Source: an uncultured Eubacteriales bacterium (lineage in GTDB: Bacteria > Bacillota > Clostridia > CAZTHU01). Taken from it: DNA of 28,249 nt. Below are positions 1-8,713 of this stretch, one piece after another; the first letter of the stretch is position 1; each line of letters starts with the position of its first letter. Location: positions 1-28,249 of the forward strand of contig CAZTHU010000001.1 in NCBI GenBank assembly GCA_964613575.1, written 5' to 3'. Below the pieces are notes generated by a model. The model searched no databases. It was not told the DNA's origin and saw nothing but the letters and a program-made list of their open reading frames with translations. Position numbers and translations under genes: made by a program.

Positions 1-53
1 AATTGTTATGAGTGTATTGGATTAGATTATTATTATTTGGGGAGTGATAAGTT

Positions 54-773
54 ATGTTTATAGAGATGAAGAAAGATGCTAGAGTGTTAAATAGTCTATC
101 AAAGGAGCATAATTGTTTAAATAAAAGTAAGTTTAATCAATTTGATTTTAAAAATAAACATGTTAGTTGTCCACATTTGGATCTAGAACACGTTGGTATA
201 TTTGGACAAAAAGCACAAGCTTTAATTGGTGGGTATGATTATGATAGTATACAAAAGCTAATTACGCATAAATCTTTTGACAATTTGAAAGAATTTCAAG
301 ATAGTAAACCTTCGGCTAATAGAGATTCTATAAAGATATATTCTTATAGGACAAATGTAAGAGGGGACTTATCTAAATACGAGTGCGTGTGGTATAAATT
401 AAAATCTCCAGAGGTTATTGATCAAAACTTAGAAATACCAAAAAAGGGGCCAGTGCTTGTTCCTGAAAAAATATTAGAGCTTGCATTTGAAAAAGCTAGA
501 AAAATAGCGCCTAATGTTGCCTCTAAAGTTGATGCATTAGGTTATAAATTTATATTTGAAAGCGAGGATATGAAAACGGGATTTCACTGGATAAGGTCTG
601 ATTTAACTATTGATTTAAAAAAAAATAAGGAAGTATATATTAAAACACCAACCCTTATTACAAATAAGTTTGTACCTATATTTGGAGGTATGACTTATTG
701 CAAGCTTTTTACACCAAAAGATGCAGTAAATATTTTGCTAGATATTGCAAATGGGAATTTGGGTAAAATTTAG
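54..773 (+). CDS. Hypothetical protein, 239 aa, soluble
   Basis: Long ORF; SD-like GGGGAG about 8 nt upstream of the ATG; no family motif recognised. Confidence 0.75.
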   Translation: MFIEMKKDARVLNSLSKEHNCLNKSKFNQFDFKNKHVSCPHLDLEHVGIFGQKAQALIGGYDYDSIQKLITHKSFDNLKEFQDSKPSANRDSIKIYSYRTNVRGDLSKYECVWYKLKSPEVIDQNLEIPKKGPVLVPEKILELAFEKARKIAPNVASKVDALGYKFIFESEDMKTGFHWIRSDLTIDLKKNKEVYIKTPTLITNKFVPIFGGMTYCKLFTPKDAVNILLDIANGNLGKI

Positions 774-886
774 CTTTTGTTTATAGCTATCAGTTGCTTA
801 TAAACACAAATCATAGTACTTCTATACACAGAGTGCTATGTGGCTATAAATTCGAGGAGTATTAGCGATGTAGGCATCGGATAATA

Positions 887-934
887 AAGTAGAACTAAAC
901 AACTACCCTTTAGGGTAGTTGTTTAGTTCTACTT
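887..934. repeat. Perfect 23-bp inverted repeat overlapping the 3' end of the 910-1455 gene; possible terminator
   Basis: AAGTAGAACTAAACAACTACCCT (887-909), TT, then its exact reverse complement (912-934). Confidence 0.9.
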
Positions 935-1455
935 GCTTTTATAGCTATTATAAGCATATAAATGGGCAAGTATACCAGAAAAACGATTGAAATAATAAGG
1001 TGCAGAACAGGGTTAGAACCATACTTTTTAATTATATAATAATAACCCCAAAAGAGTATTACAATTATTGCTATGTTCACGACGAAAGATACTAACGCAC
1101 CTATTATAGGTATTGAATCAATAATATTAATACCTAAAGGAATAAGAGTTAATAATAAAGGCATGTGTTGTTTATACTTTTTTAGTATATTCGCTAAACC
1201 TGTATTACTATCATAAGCTCCAGCTACATCAAACAATTGTGCAAATATGTATGTAGAAGCTATAGGTATAAAAGCTAACCAAGCATTTTCGATTCTTTCT
1301 ATTTTGCACAGTTTAAATAAAGCTATCGCATAAATTGCATAAAGTACAATCGCTAATATCACTATGGATATAACAGCAACTAAAAAAAATAATAAAAATC
1401 CCGAAGGCGGTCCTAATGAAGTAAAAAAATCACTATTTATAACTGTCCTATTCAT
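910..1455 (-). CDS. Small multi-pass membrane protein, 181 aa, DUF5684-like
   Basis: About four hydrophobic segments; AWLAFIP motif after the first helix; SD GGGGGTG upstream. Confidence 0.75.
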   Translation of the reverse strand: MNRTVINSDFFTSLGPPSGFLLFFLVAVISIVILAIVLYAIYAIALFKLCKIERIENAWLAFIPIASTYIFAQLFDVAGAYDSNTGLANILKKYKQHMPLLLTLIPLGINIIDSIPIIGALVSFVVNIAIIVILFWGYYYIIKKYGSNPVLHLIISIVFLVYLPIYMLIIAIKASRTKQLP

Positions 1456-1613
1456 CTCGTTTCACCCCCTTTTTTTAGTTAAAATGTTAAAACAGCACTC
1501 CAATGCTAAGAGCTTATTTTAATAGTTAGTAATTTATTTTTTTTTACACTTATGCTAAAAAGTAGCATGTTTATTTAAAAATGTCAATTGTTCTTAAAAG
1601 CAATTTTGCTTTA

Positions 1614-1642
1614 TTGACGAGTTTTTTTTTTTGTGATAGGAT
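1614..1642 (+). promoter_or_regulatory. Sigma-A promoter of asnS with a T11 run in the spacer
   Basis: TTGACG, 17 nt, TAGGAT with extended -10 TG; no room for a T-box leader. Confidence 0.6.
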
Positions 1643-1709
1643 GCATATGTTGAATTGTAGTGTATTTACAAGGCTGTACAAAATTTTTTAGAGGATGTGA
1701 AATTTAGAT

Positions 1710-3101
1710 ATGGAGTTTGATTTGATTAATGAAATTACAAAAAATTATGCAAAATTAGAGGGAGCAAGTGTTGTTATTGGAGGGTGGATAAGAACTATAA
1801 GAACATCAAAGAATGTAGGGTTTATTGATGTGAACGATGGGAGCTGTTTTAAAAATGTACAAGTTATTTTTGATAAGGATTTGCCAAATTATTCGGAGGC
1901 AGAAAAATTAACTACAGGCTCAACTATCGTGGTCGAAGGAGAGGTGGTTCTTACCCCTAATTCTAAGCAACCATATGAAATTAAGGCAAATAAAATAAAT
2001 ATTGAAGGAAAATGTGATATCTCATATCCTTTGCAAAAGAAGAAACATAGCTTCGAATATTTAAGGACAATAGCACATTTAAGACCAAGAACTAATACTT
2101 TTTCAGCAGTTTTCAGAGTTAGATCAATTTTAACTCATGCAATTCAATTGTTTCTTTATCAAAGAGGTTTTGTGTATATTACAACGCCATGTATAACTAC
2201 AAGTGATTGTGAAGGTGCTGGAGAGGCATTTAGAATATCTACTTTTGATTTTGCAAATGTACCAATGAACACAGATAAAACAGTGGATTATAGTAAGGAT
2301 TTTTTTGGTAAGGAAGCTTTTATGACGGTAAGCGGACAGCTTAATGTAGAGCCGTTTTGTACAGCGTTTAGGAATGTATATACATTTGGACCTAGCTTTA
2401 GAGCAGAAAACTCGAATACAAGTAGACACGTAGCTGAGTTTTGGCAAGTTGAACCTGAAATGGCTTTTGCAGATCTTAAAGACATGATTCAAGTTGTTGA
2501 AGATATGACTAAATTTATAATTAAATTTGTTTTAGATAATGCACCAGAAGAACTTGAGTTTTTTGATAAGTTTATTGAAAAAGGATTAATAGAAAAGCTA
2601 ACAAGAATTGTTGAGTCTGATTTTGCATCTATAACTTATACTGAAGCTATAGATATCTTGCTAAAATCTGGGAAGGAATTTGAAATACCAGTTAAATGGG
2701 GAGGTGGAATCCAAACAGAGTATGAGCGTTATCTTGCTGACGAGGTATACAAGAGACCAGTTTTTGTAACTGATTATCCTAAAGAGTCAAAGGCTTTTTA
2801 TATGAGGTTAAATGATGATGACAAGACAGTTGCAGCTACAGATTTATTATTCCCTGGGTTAGGCGAAATTGTTGGGGCTAGTCAGCGTGAAGAAAGATAT
2901 GATGTTTTAGTTCAAAGAATTAAAGAGTTGGGCCTAGAGGTAGAGGATTATGATTGGTACTTAGAATTACGTAAATTTGGGACATGTGTTCATAGTGGAT
3001 TTGGGTTAGGGGTAGAAAGAATGATTCAGTTTATAACGGGAATGGAAAATATCAGAGATGTCGTTCCTTATCCTAGAGCACCTAAATCAGCGGAATTTTA
3101 A
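1710..3101 (+). CDS. asnS: Asparagine--tRNA ligase
   Basis: OB-fold N-terminus (GGWIRTIR); class IIb motifs [29 protein letters not shown]; C-terminal [11 protein letters not shown]. Confidence 0.96.
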   Translation: MEFDLINEITKNYAKLEGASVVIGGWIRTIRTSKNVGFIDVNDGSCFKNVQVIFDKDLPNYSEAEKLTTGSTIVVEGEVVLTPNSKQPYEIKANKINIEGKCDISYPLQKKKHSFEYLRTIAHLRPRTNTFSAVFRVRSILTHAIQLFLYQRGFVYITTPCITTSDCEGAGEAFRISTFDFANVPMNTDKTVDYSKDFFGKEAFMTVSGQLNVEPFCTAFRNVYTFGPSFRAENSNTSRHVAEFWQVEPEMAFADLKDMIQVVEDMTKFIIKFVLDNAPEELEFFDKFIEKGLIEKLTRIVESDFASITYTEAIDILLKSGKEFEIPVKWGGGIQTEYERYLADEVYKRPVFVTDYPKESKAFYMRLNDDDKTVAATDLLFPGLGEIVGASQREERYDVLVQRIKELGLEVEDYDWYLELRKFGTCVHSGFGLGVERMIQFITGMENIRDVVPYPRAPKSAEF

Positions 3102-3175
3102 CCATTTGTAATAATGCAATAATTGCCAGAAAAGTGCACTTGTGCAGGTTATATTGTTTACGGAAGGGGAACGAA

Positions 3176-4084
3176 ATGGGGTTTTTTGATAAATTAAAAG
3201 ACGGTTTAAACAAAACACGAAAGGGCATTGTAACTAAAATTGATGAGGTTTTAGTTTCATTTGGAAAGATAGATGAGGAGCTGTTTGAGGAGTTAGAAGA
3301 TATTTTAATTTCTTCGGATGTGGGTGTAAATACTACGATGAAGATTATTGAGGCTGTTAAGCTTGATGTTAAAGAAAAAAAGCTTACAGAAGCTTCGGAT
3401 GTTAGAGATGTTTTAAAAGATCAAATGAGAGGAATTTTAGGTGTTGAAAATGAATCATTAGATCTTAAAACCACTCCTTCGATTATTTTGATAGTGGGAG
3501 TTAATGGTGTTGGAAAAACAACATCAATAGGAAAAATTGCGCATAAGCTTAAATGTGAAGGTAAAAAGGTAATGGTAGCTGCTGCAGACACTTTTAGAGC
3601 AGCTGCTATAGAACAATTGCAAATATGGACTGATAGAGCGGGTGTTGATTTGATAAAGCACTCAGAGGGAGCAGATCCAGCTGCTGTAGTTTTTGATGCT
3701 ATTGTTGCAGCAAAGGCCAGAAAAACAGATGTTTTAATATGTGATACGGCAGGGAGGCTTCACACCAAAAAGAATCTTATGCAGGAGCTAGGTAAAATTG
3801 GGAGAATATTAAGCAAGGAACTTCCACATGCGTCTAAAGAAGTTTTACTTGTTCTTGATGCAACTACTGGACAAAATGCTATAAGTCAGGCTAAAATTTT
3901 TAAAGAGGCTGTTGATATTAATGGAATTGTTTTAACAAAGCTTGACGGGACCGCTAAGGGTGGGGTTGTGATTTGTGTTAAGTCAGAATTAGATGTTCCA
4001 ATAAAGTTTATTGGAGTAGGAGAGGGTGTAGATGACTTGCAAAGTTTTAAAGCTGAAGAATTTGTAGATGCATTGTTTAATTAG
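3176..4084 (+). CDS. ftsY: SRP receptor FtsY, short form without a long acidic domain
   Basis: GVNGVGKTTSIGK, DTFRAAA, DTAGR, TKLDGTAKGG; start moved to ATG 3176 behind SD GGAAGGGG (ORF track start 3134). Confidence 0.96.
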   Translation: MGFFDKLKDGLNKTRKGIVTKIDEVLVSFGKIDEELFEELEDILISSDVGVNTTMKIIEAVKLDVKEKKLTEASDVRDVLKDQMRGILGVENESLDLKTTPSIILIVGVNGVGKTTSIGKIAHKLKCEGKKVMVAAADTFRAAAIEQLQIWTDRAGVDLIKHSEGADPAAVVFDAIVAAKARKTDVLICDTAGRLHTKKNLMQELGKIGRILSKELPHASKEVLLVLDATTGQNAISQAKIFKEAVDINGIVLTKLDGTAKGGVVICVKSELDVPIKFIGVGEGVDDLQSFKAEEFVDALFN

Positions 4085-4110
4085 GTCATTTGAAAGGAGA
4101 ATTTATTGTT

Positions 4111-6903
4111 ATGGTGTATGACTATTATAAGGAAATGAAAAGCAGAAAGGGAAATAAAAAAATTTTTGTAATAGCAGGATTAGTTTTAGCTTTTATACTT
4201 CTATCTATAGTTTCTAGCATCTATTTGGAAGTTATACAGCTAAAAGAGATAGGCGATTTTGATACGGTTTTTTGGACTAATTTTGCATATAAGGCAATTT
4301 TTGCGTCGATAGTATTTGTAATTATATTCTTAGCAATCTTTATAACCAATATACAAATCAAAAAAAATTTTGAGAGGTATTTTAAAGGGTTAGATGGTAA
4401 GTTGAGCAAAGTTTATAATATCCCAGTTGCACTTTTAATTGCATTAGTTGGAGCATTCTTTAGTAAAGAGGCATTTTTTGAAAAAGGTTTGATGTATCTT
4501 AATCGGGTAAATTTTGAAACCGTAGACCCAATTTTTGGATTAGACATAGGATACTTTCTGTTTTCTAGACCATTCCTAATGACTGTATACGAATTTTTTA
4601 GTGCGCTTATGATTTTTTTGATTATATATACCGTTGTTTACTATATCCTTCTAGGGGTAGGTTCGGTAGATAAAATTGTGCTAAAATCATTAAATCTTGA
4701 CAACTCTTCGTTGAAGCCTTTTTTTAGGCATAACTTAGTTAATATTGCGTTGTTTTTCTTTATAAGGACTTTTTCTTATAGGTTTAGAGGAGAGGGGTTG
4801 GTTTATTCAACCTTTGAAAATGTTAGAGGGGCAGGATATGTTGATGTGAATATTTGGCTAAACTTTTTCAAGGTTATACCATTTGTTCTTATGTCACTTG
4901 TTGTCATAGCATTAGTTAGTTTGTATAAAGGTAAAATAAAAAGAAGCTTAACTACAATACTTGTTTATCCTGCTATTTGGATTTTAGTATCGTTAATTGC
5001 AAGTGGAGTTCAATTTTTTATGGTTACACCAAATGTTTCAAGTTATGAAGGTCCATTTATTGGAAATAATATAGCAATGACAAAGCTAGCCTTTGGGTTG
5101 GACCAAATAAAATCTGTTGATTTTCCTGATATACAAGAACTTACGCCAGAGGTTTTAGAAAGAAATAAGCAAACTGTAGATAATATAAGGATAATAGATT
5201 ACTCATCTACCTTAGCCAATAATAGGCAGGTTCAATCACTTAGAAATTATTACACATTTAGACATGGAAGTATTGTTAATTTCCCACAGGATGGTGAAAA
5301 CATACCAGCATTTATTACAGCAAGGGAGATGGAACGTGATAATCTCCCAGATAAGACATATCTTAGTAAAAGGTTTAGGTATACACATGGTTTTGGTGTA
5401 GTAGTTAACCCGTTAAATGAGATATCAAATCAAGGGCAGGTAAGATTTATTCTTGGGGATTTAGAAGATGGTAATAAAAATTTAGAAAATCCTGCTATTT
5501 ACTATGGACTCCTTTCTGATGATTATGTTTATACTAATGCGCAAGAATTGGATGAAATTAATTATGATGGAACTGCAAGTGTAAGATATGAAGGTGATGG
5601 TGGGCTCTTGATGACACCATTAAATAGGCTTTTGTTTTCCATTTACTATGGTGATTATCAAATGCTTGTTTCTCGGCATATAAATAATCAAACTAGACTT
5701 TTATTAAATAGAGAAGTGGTTAACAGAGCAAGAATGGCACTTCCGTTTTTAAAAATTGATGATGATCCTTATATTATGATAAGTGATGAGGGGCGTCTAA
5801 AATGGGTTGTAGATGGGTATACTACATCGAATAGTTTTCCATATTCTCAAAGTGTCAGAGATTTTGGATTTGGAGAATATAACTATATAAGAAACTCAGT
5901 TAAGATATTGGTAGATGCTTATGATGGTACTGTTGAGTGTTATGTTATAGACAGGGAAGACCCTGTGATTAAGGTTTATAAAAATATATATCCACAGGTT
6001 TTTGCAGAAGGTGATCTTCCTTTGGATGTAAGAAGTTACATGAAATATCCAGAATATTTGTTTAATGTTCAAACAAGGCTTTTAAGAAGATATCATCTTG
6101 GCGAAGATGAAGTAGGAAAGTTCTTTTCAAATACAGATTTATGGGAAATATCAAAAACTTTAGGTTCTCAAACTTCTAATGTGGTCGATATAGAGCCATT
6201 TTATAATATGATAAGGCTTCCTGGTGAAATTTCAGATTCAGAAGAATTTATATTAATGAGACCTTTCTCGCCTTCTGGGGAAAGAAATAATATGGTTTCA
6301 TGGCTTGCAGCAAGAAATTCATACGAAAATTATGGAGAAATGGTGCTATTTCAGTTTTCTAGAGATAGTAATGTTTTAGGGCCACAACAAGTTGGTGTGA
6401 CTATAGATCAAGATGATGAAATCTCTTCTGCTACTACATTATGGGGGCAATCCGGTTCTAGTGTTTATAAGGGAAGCTTATTGGTTATACCTATTGAAGA
6501 GTCAATACTGTATATTCAACCTATATACGTAAGGGCGGAAACTGGTTCTTCTATTCCAGAGGTAAGAAGAATTATAGCAGGTTTCCAAAAAGATGGCCAG
6601 TTTGTTTTTGGAGCAGGTCAAATGCTTGAAACAGCATTAGAAAACATGTTTGAGAGTGCTAAAAGAGGGGAAGTTATTATTGATGATATACCTGAATCGG
6701 ATTTGGACAAAGAAATTCAAGATGAGCAAGAGCAAGAACAAGAAGTAGAACAAGAATTAGAAGATGACCACGAGCGAGAAATTGAAGAAATGATAAATGG
6801 TGATTTAGAAAATATTTTAAACCAGATTAGCAATAGGTTTGACAGTATTAAAACTGATTTAGATAGTTTAGAAAAACTTATAGAGGATCTTGATTTAAGA
6901 TAA
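4111..6903 (+). CDS. UPF0182 family membrane protein with an acidic C-terminal tail
   Basis: N-terminal TM bundle; DPIFGLDIGYFLF, YTHGFG, NYIRNSVK, GSLLVIP motifs; ATG 4111 follows SD GAAAGGAG (ORF track start 4090). Confidence 0.85.
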   Translation: MVYDYYKEMKSRKGNKKIFVIAGLVLAFILLSIVSSIYLEVIQLKEIGDFDTVFWTNFAYKAIFASIVFVIIFLAIFITNIQIKKNFERYFKGLDGKLSKVYNIPVALLIALVGAFFSKEAFFEKGLMYLNRVNFETVDPIFGLDIGYFLFSRPFLMTVYEFFSALMIFLIIYTVVYYILLGVGSVDKIVLKSLNLDNSSLKPFFRHNLVNIALFFFIRTFSYRFRGEGLVYSTFENVRGAGYVDVNIWLNFFKVIPFVLMSLVVIALVSLYKGKIKRSLTTILVYPAIWILVSLIASGVQFFMVTPNVSSYEGPFIGNNIAMTKLAFGLDQIKSVDFPDIQELTPEVLERNKQTVDNIRIIDYSSTLANNRQVQSLRNYYTFRHGSIVNFPQDGENIPAFITAREMERDNLPDKTYLSKRFRYTHGFGVVVNPLNEISNQGQVRFILGDLEDGNKNLENPAIYYGLLSDDYVYTNAQELDEINYDGTASVRYEGDGGLLMTPLNRLLFSIYYGDYQMLVSRHINNQTRLLLNREVVNRARMALPFLKIDDDPYIMISDEGRLKWVVDGYTTSNSFPYSQSVRDFGFGEYNYIRNSVKILVDAYDGTVECYVIDREDPVIKVYKNIYPQVFAEGDLPLDVRSYMKYPEYLFNVQTRLLRRYHLGEDEVGKFFSNTDLWEISKTLGSQTSNVVDIEPFYNMIRLPGEISDSEEFILMRPFSPSGERNNMVSWLAARNSYENYGEMVLFQFSRDSNVLGPQQVGVTIDQDDEISSATTLWGQSGSSVYKGSLLVIPIEESILYIQPIYVRAETGSSIPEVRRIIAGFQKDGQFVFGAGQMLETALENMFESAKRGEVIIDDIPESDLDKEIQDEQEQEQEVEQELEDDHEREIEEMINGDLENILNQISNRFDSIKTDLDSLEKLIEDLDLR

Positions 6904-6909
6904 AAGCAT

Positions 6910-6958
6910 GAATAAATCACTCTCTTTACTCGAATAATAAGGGTAAAGGGAGTGATTT
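6910..6958 (+). promoter_or_regulatory. Predicted sigma-G/sigma-F-type promoter overlapped by a 16-bp inverted repeat that covers the RBS
   Basis: GAATA (6910-6914), 18 nt, AATAATA (6933-6939); arms AAATCACTCTCTTTAC (6914-6929) and GTAAAGGGAGTGATTT (6943-6958), followed by T4. Confidence 0.55.
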
Positions 6959-6960
6959 TT

Positions 6961-7767
6961 TTGATTCGTAAATTATTTAGATTTGTTTTTTTGATGATTT
7001 TTTCTATCTCTTTATTTATAGGCTGTGAAGAAAATATAAAGGATAGTGAATTAGATTCATTAAGACTAGAAGGCGGAGCTGAAATAACAACAAGGGAGCC
7101 GTCTCCTGTATCAAATAATATTTTGCAGGCAAAATATTCAGAATTTGTATTCTTAAGCGGTCAGAAAGATGACTTTAGGGTTGCTTTAACCTTTGATGAT
7201 GGACCGGATCCAAGATATACGACAAGAATTCTAGACATACTAAAAAAACATGATGCTAGAGCAACATTCTTTTTAGTGGGTGCAAGGGCGAAGGCTTATC
7301 CAGATATAGTAAAAAGAATGAGAGATGAGGGGCATAGTGTTGGAAACCACACATTTTGGCATCCAAATCTTGCGAAAGAAGGAACGCAAAGGATGCATTG
7401 GGAGCTTACCCAAACCTCGAAGGTTTTACATGATATCTTAGGTTATCGAACATCTTTATTTAGAGCACCCTATGGTTCGCTTAATGAAGAATTAGTTGAA
7501 TTAGCAGGCAGTATGGGTTATAAATTTATAGGTTGGTCTGTAGATTCAAATGATTGGATGCAGCTATCTAGCGAACAGATTAAAAAAAATGTTCTTTCCA
7601 ATGTAAATCCGGGAAGTATTATTCTAATGCATGATGGTGGGCACTGGACAATGGATCTATTAGGAACAGTAGATGCTTTAGAGGAAATTATTATAAGACT
7701 AAAAGAAGATGGTATCGAGTTTGTAACAGTGGACGAGCTTTTAGATCTCCCTGTTGAAAAAGAATAA
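6961..7767 (+). CDS. Polysaccharide/peptidoglycan deacetylase (NodB/CE4), predicted lipoprotein
   Basis: TFDDGP, NHTFWH, FRAPYG, WSVDSNDW, ILMHDGG motifs; signal peptide ending SLFIG-C; TTG 6961 fits SD GGGAGTGA better than GTG 6952. Confidence 0.9.
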   Translation: MIRKLFRFVFLMIFSISLFIGCEENIKDSELDSLRLEGGAEITTREPSPVSNNILQAKYSEFVFLSGQKDDFRVALTFDDGPDPRYTTRILDILKKHDARATFFLVGARAKAYPDIVKRMRDEGHSVGNHTFWHPNLAKEGTQRMHWELTQTSKVLHDILGYRTSLFRAPYGSLNEELVELAGSMGYKFIGWSVDSNDWMQLSSEQIKKNVLSNVNPGSIILMHDGGHWTMDLLGTVDALEEIIIRLKEDGIEFVTVDELLDLPVEKE

Positions 7768-7866
7768 AATTCATTTTTCAAGGGTGAATTAAAGGTTCTT
7801 CATTTTGATGAAGATTTAGGTCAGTATAATAATAAAGGCGGAAGTTATGATCATAAAAATCAAAAG

Positions 7867-8544
7867 ATGAAGTTTGATACAGAACATTTTAGCATGTTTT
7901 TTATAACAACATCAAATAGAGGCTATAACGACTTATCATCTGAAAACCATTGGGCGAAAAGATTTGTTGAATCTTTAGCAGCTAGAGGTATAGTTAATGA
8001 TGTTGCTGATGGTCAAGATTTTCACCCATCTGATAGTATAACAAGAGGTGAGGTTGCAATAATGGTAGGTAATGCGTTTAATCTCTTAGAATATGACTTG
8101 CCTAATTCGTTTAATGATGTTGATGATGATGCAATTTATGCCCGACATGTAGCGTCTTTGTATAAGAATAGAATCATAAGAGGAACAGGTAATGGTAGGT
8201 TTAATCCGTATGAGGAGATTAAACGTCAAGATGTTGCAATTGTATTATCAAATGCTCTTTTGCTAAAGCATAAGAATTCCTTGAGACTTCCTATCCATAC
8301 TCAACGTTATCTAGAAAATTTTGATGACGCCCAAGAAATTTCAAATTATGCTAGTCGTCATATTGCATTTTTATCAGAATTGGGTATTTTAAACGGAAAT
8401 AAGCAAGGCGACCAATTGAATGTAAATCCGCATTCATCGCTAGGTCGAGCTGAGATGGCAACACTTATATATAATAGTTTGCAATTAAAAAATATACAAT
8501 CGTTCCCAGATTGTGTTTTGACAGAAGGTGTAAATGTGAATTAA
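7867..8544 (+). CDS. SLH-domain protein with three SLH repeats; probably the C-terminal fragment of a larger surface protein
   Basis: HWAK..ITRGEVA, FNDV..IKRQDVA and ISNYA..LGRAEMA SLH motifs; no signal peptide; frame stays open back to 7768. Confidence 0.75.
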   Translation: MKFDTEHFSMFFITTSNRGYNDLSSENHWAKRFVESLAARGIVNDVADGQDFHPSDSITRGEVAIMVGNAFNLLEYDLPNSFNDVDDDAIYARHVASLYKNRIIRGTGNGRFNPYEEIKRQDVAIVLSNALLLKHKNSLRLPIHTQRYLENFDDAQEISNYASRHIAFLSELGILNGNKQGDQLNVNPHSSLGRAEMATLIYNSLQLKNIQSFPDCVLTEGVNVN

Positions 8545-8556
8545 TACTTTTTTAAT

Positions 8557-8604
8557 AAAAAAGAACTCTTGGCTTGAATAGTTAAGACCAGGAGTTCCGT
8601 TTTT
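8557..8604. terminator. Bidirectional intrinsic terminator between the SLH gene and the ftsH paralog
   Basis: Stem GAACTCTTGG / CCAGGAGTTC flanked by A6 and T5, between convergent genes. Confidence 0.65.
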
Positions 8605-8713
8605 GTTAAATTTTAGTCAAAATATGATTCTAACTGAGTCTTAAGGCTTGTTCACAAACTTAACATTTAGAATGCTGTTAAATTATGTATTTTATTTGAT
8701 GTGAAGAATAAGT

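Noticed and set aside
813-839. Degenerate CIRCE-like site ATAGTACTT-N9-GAGTGCTAT (14/18 match)
   Set aside because: Lies between two convergent 3' ends with no promoter to control; more likely a chance hairpin
1486-1515. CIRCE half-site-like CAGCACTC
   Set aside because: The right arm does not match GAGTGCTAA
1456-1709. Possible T-box leader for asnS
   Set aside because: No T-box motif or terminator, and the predicted promoter is only about 65 nt from the ATG
2130-2492. Antisense and alternate-frame ORFs within asnS, UPF0182, the deacetylase, ftsH, the ankyrin gene, dnaK, dnaJ, prmA, yloC, coaBC, ppdK and the permease
   Set aside because: Shadow ORFs over well-supported genes, without RBS or recognisable motifs
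6715-6775. CAAGA(A/G)-rich repeats in the UPF0182 3' end
   Set aside because: Explained by the low-complexity E/Q/D tail of the protein
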